Part shown: positions 17,889 to 24,670 of the stretch, piece by piece
How positions within the stretch are numbered: the first letter of the stretch is position 1
Layout: every line of letters begins with the position of its first letter
Source of the DNA: an uncultured Steroidobacteraceae bacterium
GTDB taxonomy: Bacteria > Chloroflexota > Limnocylindria > QHBO01
Length of the DNA stretch: 32,529 nt
Reading direction: 5' to 3'
Assembly: GCA_964452225.1 (NCBI GenBank)
Contig: CAYVLM010000001.1
Location: 11,810 to 44,338 of the forward strand
Position numbers and translations under genes: made by a program
Notes under the pieces: model-generated
What the model was told of the DNA's origin: nothing
The model's input: only the letters and a program-made list of their open reading frames with translations
The model's database searches: none

Positions 17889-20735
17889 CTACTCCCCGAA
17901 CATCGTCAGCTGTTCGCCGCCCCGCTCGATGAGCGGATCGAGCCCCAGGACCGGCTCCAGCCAGTCGAGGGAGGCCCCTTCCCGGGCGAACAGGGTTCGC
18001 AGATGCTGCCACTTGAGGAAGTGCCAGTTCTGCCGCTCGATCTCGCTCCGCAGCCACGGGGACCGCTCGAGCTTGAGCCGCACCAGCTCGCTGCGCTCTG
18101 CGGGAAACAGGAGAATCCGGGCCTGCTGGTCCGTTGGCGGGATGGCCCGGCCCCGCTGCAGCACCGCCTCGCCGAGCATGGCGGTCCATTCGACCTCCAG
18201 GAGGAACGCGAACCGGTTGCGGATGTACCAGAGGGCGTCGACGGCGCCAAGCTGCTCCGCCGGGGCGTGGACGATCAACGGCAGGTAGGCGCGTCGTTCG
18301 TCCTCCGCCAGCCAGTCGCCCAGGGTTCGGCCGTCCAGCTGCTTTCCCTGCTCACGGCGGCTGATCCACACCCGCAACCCCAGCCGATGGCCGTAGTCGG
18401 CAAGGAGCGCGAGGATCGCGGTGTGGTCCGCGAACCGCGAGCCGAGGTCGTCCTCCGTCCGTAGCTGGCCCTGCTCCCCCGTCCGCGCATACGCCGCCAG
18501 GCATGCCCTCACCAACTCCTCGTCCGGAGCCTGCAGGCCCGGGAAGAGCCGGTAGATGCGCTCGAGGAATCCGGCCTCGTCGAGCCGCCCCGCCGTCGAG
18601 AGGATGGAGTACGTCGCCCACTCCACGCGGTCGGCGAGCGGCTGCTCGGCGATCTCGGGGTCGCGCAGCCACCACGACGGGCGATCGGGCTCGCCGAGCC
18701 TGACCAGCTCGGGATGGTCGTCACGCCAGAGCTCTTCCCGGAGCAGCGACGCGAGCAGCGTGCTGCCGCGGCTCGAGGTGTCGGCCCGTTCGTCGGCCTG
18801 GCCGTCCTCGCCGGCCTCCGGTGAGGCGTCCGCATCTCCCTCCGCATCGGCACCGGGCAGTGCGGCGGCGCGCGTGCGGGCCACCCGGCCCAGGAGGCCC
18901 GACCGCTGAAGCTCCAGGAGCACCGCGGCGGCGACCCGCGTGAGCCCGGCCGGTTCGCCGCGGTCTCTCAGCAGGCCGACCACGGCCCGCGACACGCTGG
19001 AAGCCAGCTCCGGGTACGTCAGGTGACCGTGCTCCGCACCAAGCTGGAGGGGACGAGCGCCGACGGCCGACCGCAGCCGGTCCTCTGCCGACGGCTTGCG
19101 GAAGTGAAGGGCAACGCCGTCACCGGACCGGCGTGACTCGCGGTGCACGAGTCCGGCCAGGTCGAGGCCGGCGGCCGCACCGGCGACGGCGACGGCGAGC
19201 ATCCGGTCGGGGTCGTCACCATCAAGGAGCACGTTGAACCAGCCGCCCGGGCGCAGCGCGCCGGCCGCGGATGCCATCGCGTGGCGCAGGGCCGTCGCCT
19301 CGGCCAGATCGATCGCCGCGGCAGCGGTGCCGAAGAGCGGCTCCAGGCGGAGCGTCTCCGCGGCCTCACGACCGATGAGCCACGCCGTGGCCAGATACTC
19401 GAAGCTCAGCTCGTCCACCGACGCCGGAGGTGGCGGAGTCCCCAGCACAAGGTCGATTCCCTCCGTCGGAAGGTACTGGCCGGCCACGGCGGGCCTGGTG
19501 CGGACCCACAGCACGTTGGCGGCCCCGATGCCGCCGAGATCGTCGAAGTCCGTGGCGAAGCGGGCGCCCCGTCGCTCGCGCCCCAGCGCCGCTATCGCCG
19601 TCCGCACGTCGCGGAAGGACGCCTCGAAGAGGCGCCAGACGTTCACCTCTCGCTGGTGTCGCGACGCGGGCTGGCGAACATGCCCGGCGGTGATGCGCAG
19701 CGACGCGACCCGGCCGGGATATCCGTTCAGGCGGCTCGCGGGCAGCAGGCAGGCCGCGAGGGCAAGGCGGAAGATGGCCGACAGCGCCGGTTCGCGCATC
19801 TCCGCCTCGATCTTGGCGGCGATCGTCTGCAGCGCGTAGAGGTTGCGCGGGGTGTAGAGGGCGAGAACCTCGTCCACGAGGTCCCGACGACCGTCGAGCA
19901 CCGGGAATCGCTCGCGAAGCTGCTGGACGTGCGGCCCCTCTCTCACCTCGGCGACGGCCTGCGGGGACGGCGGGTCGGGATGCACGGTCGACTGGAACCG
20001 GCGGGCATCCAGGTTGGTGGGAGGATCCGGGCTCACCGGCGGCGGAGGCGGCGGCCCGCCGGGCTCGCCGAGAGGCGGCTCACCCTCGTAGCCGGATGGT
20101 CCTCCCGTCAGCCCGACTGGCGCGGGCGGGAGCTCCTCGTCGCCTTCCGTCGCGTCGGACGGTGGCTCGGCCTCGGCGGCCGGCGACGCGTCGATGCCCA
20201 GCTTGGCGAGGTCCGATGCCTCGATCGGCGCGACGCGCTCCGCAGGCCCCCCGACGCTGATGTCACAGCTCGGGCAGCGGTAGACCTTCCTTCCCGGAGC
20301 GTCGCCGTCGCGGGGCCAGATGAACTGCTCGCCGACGACGGGACGGCGGCACGCCGCACAGCGGGTCGCGTAGAGCTCCTCGATGTGCTGGCGCAGCGGG
20401 ACGTCCACTCGCTTGGAGCCTGCCAGCTGGGTGAAGGCAGCATCCAGGACCGACGCGTCGGGCGCGAGGAGGAACGCCTGTGCCGCCAGCTGAGCGAAGG
20501 GGCTCGGATCGGCGGCGATGGCCCGCATCCCGTTCGCGACGGCGCGGCGCGCAGTCCAGCCGGTGCCGGCCCATGGATCGAGAACGGTGTCCCCCGGCGA
20601 GGCGAAGGCGGTGAGCTCCGCATCGAGCAGGTTGTCCGCGGGCGACGGGAAGTACCGCTCCAGGAGCGCGAGGCCGGGGAGACGTCGGGGAAGGACGACG
20701 TGGTCCAGGCTCCTCCGTTCGGCGGCCTCGCTCAT
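17889..20735 (-). CDS. 948-aa multidomain protein, function unknown. Domains: SAM-methyltransferase-like fold with inserted Zn ribbon (COG1743-like), Pro-rich insertion, degenerate motif IV, helical/wH-like middle, nuclease-like C-terminal domain.
   Basis: Motif I VLDPWAGTGWT (res 51-61). Zn ribbon CAAC...CPSC (126-157). DLVLGTPPPPASVDELSFEYLATAWL (428-453) parallels the DPPY...LSDFFYVWL block of Zn-ribbon adenine methylases. C-terminal VDALWY...FAFLLEVEWT. AGGAG SD overlaps the stop of the upstream gene. The CDS itself is solid (high GC3); the function is not. Confidence 0.8.
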   Translation of the reverse strand: MSEAAERRSLDHVVLPRRLPGLALLERYFPSPADNLLDAELTAFASPGDTVLDPWAGTGWTARRAVANGMRAIAADPSPFAQLAAQAFLLAPDASVLDAAFTQLAGSKRVDVPLRQHIEELYATRCAACRRPVVGEQFIWPRDGDAPGRKVYRCPSCDISVGGPAERVAPIEASDLAKLGIDASPAAEAEPPSDATEGDEELPPAPVGLTGGPSGYEGEPPLGEPGGPPPPPPVSPDPPTNLDARRFQSTVHPDPPSPQAVAEVREGPHVQQLRERFPVLDGRRDLVDEVLALYTPRNLYALQTIAAKIEAEMREPALSAIFRLALAACLLPASRLNGYPGRVASLRITAGHVRQPASRHQREVNVWRLFEASFRDVRTAIAALGRERRGARFATDFDDLGGIGAANVLWVRTRPAVAGQYLPTEGIDLVLGTPPPPASVDELSFEYLATAWLIGREAAETLRLEPLFGTAAAAIDLAEATALRHAMASAAGALRPGGWFNVLLDGDDPDRMLAVAVAGAAAGLDLAGLVHRESRRSGDGVALHFRKPSAEDRLRSAVGARPLQLGAEHGHLTYPELASSVSRAVVGLLRDRGEPAGLTRVAAAVLLELQRSGLLGRVARTRAAALPGADAEGDADASPEAGEDGQADERADTSSRGSTLLASLLREELWRDDHPELVRLGEPDRPSWWLRDPEIAEQPLADRVEWATYSILSTAGRLDEAGFLERIYRLFPGLQAPDEELVRACLAAYARTGEQGQLRTEDDLGSRFADHTAILALLADYGHRLGLRVWISRREQGKQLDGRTLGDWLAEDERRAYLPLIVHAPAEQLGAVDALWYIRNRFAFLLEVEWTAMLGEAVLQRGRAIPPTDQQARILLFPAERSELVRLKLERSPWLRSEIERQNWHFLKWQHLRTLFAREGASLDWLEPVLGLDPLIERGGEQLTMFGE

Positions 20736-20741
20736 CGGCTC

Positions 20742-21581
20742 CTACGGTTCTTCGAGCAGCTCTTCCTCGAGCTCGGGCTCGGCAGAGTATTCGGGGAGGC
20801 TGGTGTCGAGCTCCTCGACCTCCTCCGTCTCCTCCTCGAGCTCCTCGCTCTCCTCCTCGTCATCGTACCGGAGCGGCGACCCCTTGAGGTACGGTCTGAC
20901 GTCACTCGGGCGGCCGCTCGTGTTCCCCGGGAACGAGACCTTGCCGAAGTTGGCGGGGTGCGCGAAGGTCTCGCGGACCATCACCCGGATCTCGTCGCGG
21001 GCGACGATCGTGATGGCCGCCTCGTACCGGTTGCCCCCGGCCATCAGCTTCACCAGCCGCGCACCGATGCGGGGCTCGACCTGGCCGATCTCGTCGTCGC
21101 GAACGAAGGCCATCAGGTGATCCCCGTCCGGCTTCAGCGCAACCTGGTCGCCCGGGGAGAGCGACGCCAGGCTATCCCGGCCGGCCAGGTTGATGAGGCG
21201 CGCATGGCCGGTCTTGCCCATCTCCTCGATGAAGAGGGCGGCCGGCGCCTTCTCGGGCTTGCCGTCACTCGCCGCTGCCGCGCGGGCGGCCTTCTGGGTG
21301 CCGGAGAGGAGTCGAAGGCGCTCCACGTTGCGCTCCGCGATCCGGTTGGTCGCGTCGCGCGCCAGCGCCTGCTCGTAGGCCTCGAGCGCCTCCCCGTGAC
21401 GGCCGAGCTCGGCGAGAGCCTTACCGAGGCGGTTGTACGCATCGGTGTCCGGCCCGAGCTCGAGGAGCTCGCGGTTGGCCGTGACCGCGCTGTCCCAGTC
21501 GCCGCGCGTCGCCAGATCGATCGCCCGGTCTGCAAGCTGACGCCGCTGACGGTTGGCGGCGTCCATCTCCCCAATGGTCAT
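20742..21581 (-). CDS. TPR-repeat protein with HIRAN-like central domain and poly-acidic C-terminal tail (function unknown)
   Basis: Two TPRs (WDSAVTANRELLELGPDTDAYNRLGKALAELGRHGEALEAYEQALARD). Central L.PGDQVALKPDGDHLMAFVRDDEIGQVEPRIGARLVKLMAGGNRYEAAI. Tail DDEEESEELEEETEEVEELD...EEELLEEP. ATG 21581 has GGGAG 6 nt upstream; the longest ORF reaches 21668. Confidence 0.8.
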   Translation of the reverse strand: MTIGEMDAANRQRRQLADRAIDLATRGDWDSAVTANRELLELGPDTDAYNRLGKALAELGRHGEALEAYEQALARDATNRIAERNVERLRLLSGTQKAARAAAASDGKPEKAPAALFIEEMGKTGHARLINLAGRDSLASLSPGDQVALKPDGDHLMAFVRDDEIGQVEPRIGARLVKLMAGGNRYEAAITIVARDEIRVMVRETFAHPANFGKVSFPGNTSGRPSDVRPYLKGSPLRYDDEEESEELEEETEEVEELDTSLPEYSAEPELEEELLEEP

Positions 21582-21658
21582 CGTCTGCTCCCGTCTCGGG
21601 GTCGTCTCACGAGGTAACCAAATGCCCTCGGCACGGGCGCCCCGGCCAAAGGCGCCTT

Positions 21659-21687
21659 GTTGTATCACCGCCCTCGTGGCCTGTCAA
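21659..21687 (-). promoter_or_regulatory. Candidate promoter TTGACA-N17-TACAAC upstream of the TPR/methyltransferase-like operon
   Basis: On the minus strand, TTGACA is at 21687-21682, the spacer is 17 nt, and TACAAC is at 21664-21659. The -35 is perfect but the -10 lacks the terminal T. Confidence 0.3.
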
Positions 21688-21706
21688 CGCGTGCCGACTT
21701 CAACGG

Positions 21707-22483
21707 TCAGGGGCGATACATGAGGAGCGCCACCAGAAGCCCGAGCACCGCGAGGCTCCCGAACTCGACGACCACGGCCCGCGCGCTGGCGCCACGATCC
21801 AGCGCCTCGGCGGCACCCCCCCACGCGTAGAAGGCCAGGGCCAGGATCGCCGGTCCCACCAGACCGGGCAACGCCAGCAGGTCCAGGGCGAGGGCCACCT
21901 GGCCGATGGCGAGCGCGTGAAGCAGCGACTGGCCCACCGCGTGGACTCCGCCCCGGCCGCGCAGCTCCGCAGAGCGCAAAGCCGCGAGGAACGACACGAG
22001 CACCACCAGGAGCATCGGCGGCGGCCATCCATTGTTGCCGAAGACCGCGTCGACACCCGCCGCCATGGCGAAGACGACGGCGGTGAGCACCAGGTCCAGC
22101 AGGGTCCGCTCGAGCGCGACCGGTTCGCCACGGATCTCGAGGACCAGCGCCCCCCACAGGAGCACGGCCAGCGGAGGCACCCCGAGGAGGCTCGCGCCGC
22201 CGGGCACCAACCGGCCCACCAGCGTGGCCGCGACGCCCGCGATCGCGAGCGTCGTGTAGCGGGCAAGGCCGAGCCCGGGCTTGGCCGGACCAATGAGCGC
22301 CACGGCGCCGAGCCCCCCGACGCCGAGCTCCACCGCGATCGCGATGGCCAGGCCCAGCGGACCGGAAAGCCATCCTGCCGCCGCGACCACCGCGAGCAGG
22401 ATCGCAAGCGGAATGCTCCATGGGTTGGCGACGTGCAGCCGGCTGGCGGGTGCACGGCCGATCGATCGAAGGCGGAGGATCAT
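21707..22483 (-). CDS. Polytopic integral membrane protein (about 8 TM helices), function unknown
   Basis: This is the only one of three overlapping open minus frames with hydrophobic-helix composition and high GC3. ATGA start/stop overlap with polX (22480-22483). Confidence 0.7.
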   Translation of the reverse strand: MILRLRSIGRAPASRLHVANPWSIPLAILLAVVAAAGWLSGPLGLAIAIAVELGVGGLGAVALIGPAKPGLGLARYTTLAIAGVAATLVGRLVPGGASLLGVPPLAVLLWGALVLEIRGEPVALERTLLDLVLTAVVFAMAAGVDAVFGNNGWPPPMLLVVLVSFLAALRSAELRGRGGVHAVGQSLLHALAIGQVALALDLLALPGLVGPAILALAFYAWGGAAEALDRGASARAVVVEFGSLAVLGLLVALLMYRP

Positions 22484-24228
22484 CGGCGGTCCAGGAGGCC
22501 CGCGGCGTCGCGCGTGTTCGCCACGTCATCGGCCGTGAGCCACGCACGACGCGCCATGGAGACCGCGTAGTCGAGCTGGGCGAGCTCCTCGGTTCGGTGG
22601 GCGTCACTGGCCACCACGAGCCTGGCGCCCGCCCGCGCGGCCGCGCGGGCAAGGTGATCGTCGAGATCAAGTCGCGGGCTGCCGTTCATCTCGAGGAGAG
22701 TACCTGTTCGGGCGGCGGCCGCGAAGACCGTCGGCCAGTCCAGCGTCAGCGGGTCCCGCCGGTTCACGATCCGACCGGTGGGGTGGGCGACGACGTCGAC
22801 GTGCGGGTTCTCGATCGCGGCCAGCGCCCGGCGGGTCAGCTGCTCCGTCGGCTGTCCGCGGCCGGTGTGGATGCTGGCCACCACCCAGTCGAAGCGCGCA
22901 AGCAGCTCGTCGGGATAGTCCAGGCTGGCGTCGGCACGGATCTCCATCTCCGTCCCGTGCAGGATGCGAAACGGCGCCAGGGCCGCGTTGAGGCGCGCGA
23001 TCTCCATCCGCTGCTCCTCGACCCGCTCGGGCGACAGACCGCGCGCGATGCCCAGCGACGGCGAGTGGTCGGTGAGGACCAGGTATTCGCGGCCGCGGGA
23101 CCTGGCCGCGCGGGCCATCGCCTCGATCGAGTCCACGCCGTCCGACCAGTCGGAGTGGACATGGGTGTCGCCCCGCACCTGGTCGGGACGCAGCAGATCA
23201 GGCAGCGCTCCGGCCGCAGCCGCCTCGATCTCGCCGTCGTCCTCGCGCAGCTCCGGGGGAATCCATGCCAGCCCGAGCCGCTCGTACACCTCCGCCTCCT
23301 CCGCGGCCAGGAGCAGCTCGCCGGTCTCCATGACCCGGAATCCCTTCTCGCTGAGCGAGAGGCCGATGTCGAGCGCGCGTCCGCGAAGGGCCACGTTGTG
23401 GGCTGCGCTGCCCGTGAAGTGCACGAGATGCGTCCCCCACGCGGCCGGGCGACAGAGCATGAGGTCCACCTGGGGGCCGTCGCGGAGGACGATGCTCGAC
23501 TTGTCGCTCCCGGCGCTCAGCACGCGATTCACCTGCGGCAGACGCGTCAGCCGCTCGACCAGCGCTCCGGGTTCGGTCGCGGCGGCGAGCAGATCCAGGT
23601 CGCCGATGGTGGCCCGCCGGCGTCGCAGGGAGCCTGCCGCCTCGATGCGCTGTACGCCGCGGACCCTGCGGAGCTGCTCCAGAAGGCCCGCCACGAGCGC
23701 GTCGGCGTCGTGCAGCAGGAGGCGAGCGCTGCGCTGCTCGATGCGGGCAATGCCCGCCAGGATGTTCTCCTCGGTCCGCGACGAGAGGCCCTTGAGCCCG
23801 CGAAGGCGACCGTCAGAGGCGGCGGCGCGCAGCTCCTCGACGGACGCGATCCCCAGCTCGCCGTGCAGGAGCTTCACGGTGCGCGGCCCGACGCCCGGGA
23901 TGCGCAGCATGTCGAGCAGGCCGGACGGAACCTGGGCCTGCAGCCGCTCGTGGTACTCGAGGCGTCCGGTGCGCGCGAGCTCCGACAGCTTGGACGAGAG
24001 GGCGGCCCCGGCTCCGGGGATCCGCGGCGGGTCGCCCGCCCGGTACCGGGCCGCGACATCCTCGGGCCAGCGCTCGACGGCATCGGCGACGCGACGGTAG
24101 GCCACGGCCTTGTAGACGACCTCGCCGGTGATCTCGAGCATGTCCGCGATCTCGTTGAAGATCCGGGCCAGCTCGCCGTTGCTGATGACGGGGTTCGCGG
24201 AACCCGGTGCGCTGCGGGGGCGGGGCAT
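22480..24228 (-). CDS. polX: Family X DNA polymerase with C-terminal PHP 3'-5' exonuclease/phosphoesterase domain
   Basis: N-terminal NGELARIFNEIADMLEI...YKAVAYRRVA (8-kDa/HhH). Catalytic GSLRRRRATIGDLDLL plus QVDLM. PHP motifs GDTHVHSDWSDG, LTDHS and SDAH. Confidence 0.95.
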   Translation of the reverse strand: MPRPRSAPGSANPVISNGELARIFNEIADMLEITGEVVYKAVAYRRVADAVERWPEDVAARYRAGDPPRIPGAGAALSSKLSELARTGRLEYHERLQAQVPSGLLDMLRIPGVGPRTVKLLHGELGIASVEELRAAASDGRLRGLKGLSSRTEENILAGIARIEQRSARLLLHDADALVAGLLEQLRRVRGVQRIEAAGSLRRRRATIGDLDLLAAATEPGALVERLTRLPQVNRVLSAGSDKSSIVLRDGPQVDLMLCRPAAWGTHLVHFTGSAAHNVALRGRALDIGLSLSEKGFRVMETGELLLAAEEAEVYERLGLAWIPPELREDDGEIEAAAAGALPDLLRPDQVRGDTHVHSDWSDGVDSIEAMARAARSRGREYLVLTDHSPSLGIARGLSPERVEEQRMEIARLNAALAPFRILHGTEMEIRADASLDYPDELLARFDWVVASIHTGRGQPTEQLTRRALAAIENPHVDVVAHPTGRIVNRRDPLTLDWPTVFAAAARTGTLLEMNGSPRLDLDDHLARAAARAGARLVVASDAHRTEELAQLDYAVSMARRAWLTADDVANTRDAAGLLDRR

Positions 24229-24309
24229 CGGCGGCCATTCTACGCATGGACACGGTGGAGGCCCGCCCCTCCACTCGGAGAGAGACGGGCCTCGCGCGCG
24301 GGACGGGCG

Positions 24310-24468
24310 TCAGCGTGAGCGGCGAAGTCGCGGGAGGGCCAGGTGCAGGACCCGGTTGCGGCGGCGGATGCCGGTGTCGCGGAACCGGGGCTCCTTGGCC
24401 TCATCGCCCAGCTCGAGCTGATGGAGTCCGCCGCCGATTCCGTAGTAGACGGACGAGCTCTTGTACAT
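24310..24468 (-). CDS. Unannotated 52-aa basic small protein (hypothetical)
   Basis: ATG is preceded by AGGAAG about 5 nt upstream. The product is MYKSSSVYYGIGGGLHQLELGDEAKEPRFRDTGIRRRNRVLHLALPRLRRSR. Nearly all codons end in G/C, as in the flanking genes. It falls below the 60-aa cutoff of the ORF track. Confidence 0.4.
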   Translation of the reverse strand: MYKSSSVYYGIGGGLHQLELGDEAKEPRFRDTGIRRRNRVLHLALPRLRRSR

Positions 24469-24493
24469 TGGTGCTTCCTGACTCTTTCGTGAG

Positions 24494-24514
24494 CCGGCGT
24501 CCCCGGGACGCCGG
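24494..24514 (-). terminator. Perfect 9-bp GC stem-loop between the two small ORFs (attenuator or terminator candidate)
   Basis: CCGGCGTCC-ccg-GGACGCCGG. There is no U-tract, which is common in high-GC genomes. A second hairpin, GTGGAGG-N6-CCTCCAC at 24255-24274, sits between small ORF 2 and polX. Confidence 0.4.
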
Positions 24515-24527
24515 AATGGTGCGTGCT

Positions 24528-24638
24528 TCAGATGGATCGGACCGGCCGGTCCTGGATCATTGGGCGAGAGTCGGCTCCCGCACGAACCGCTGCCAGGTCC
24601 AACGTGACCAGCAGCAGCAGGATGACGAGCAGTGCCAT
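24528..24638 (-). CDS. Unannotated 36-aa hydrophobic peptide (leader peptide or small membrane protein candidate)
   Basis: ATG 24638 has GGAG 6 nt upstream. The product is MALLVILLLLVTLDLAAVRAGADSRPMIQDRPVRSI. GC3 is about 77%. It is the first ORF downstream of the near-consensus promoter. Confidence 0.3.
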   Translation of the reverse strand: MALLVILLLLVTLDLAAVRAGADSRPMIQDRPVRSI

Positions 24639-24640
24639 TG

Positions 24641-24662
24641 GTGACTCCGATGTGACTCCGAT
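24641..24662. repeat. Perfect 11-nt tandem duplication GTGACTCCGAT x2, duplicating the SD on the minus strand
   Basis: Positions 24641-24651 and 24652-24662 are identical. The minus strand reads ATCGGAGTCAC ATCGGAGTCAC CA ATG. Confidence 0.9.
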
Positions 24663-24670
24663 CCCGGTTG

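Noticed and set aside
19143-21617. 824-aa ORF on the + strand
   Set aside because: It lies antisense to the TPR and methyltransferase-like genes. The composition is Arg/Gly-rich and low-complexity. The opposite strand has the high-GC3 pattern and recognisable motifs.
21684-22670. All three minus-strand frames are open for about 770 nt (328-, 251- and 258-aa ORFs), which could suggest overlapping genes
   Set aside because: Only the 21707-22483 frame gives TM-helix composition, high GC3 and a coupled ATGA start. The other two are Arg/Pro/Ser-rich and are best explained by stop-codon scarcity.
22420-24318. 632-aa ORF on the + strand
   Set aside because: It lies antisense to polX, whose Pol X and PHP motifs are unambiguous. 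The product is Arg/Gly-rich.
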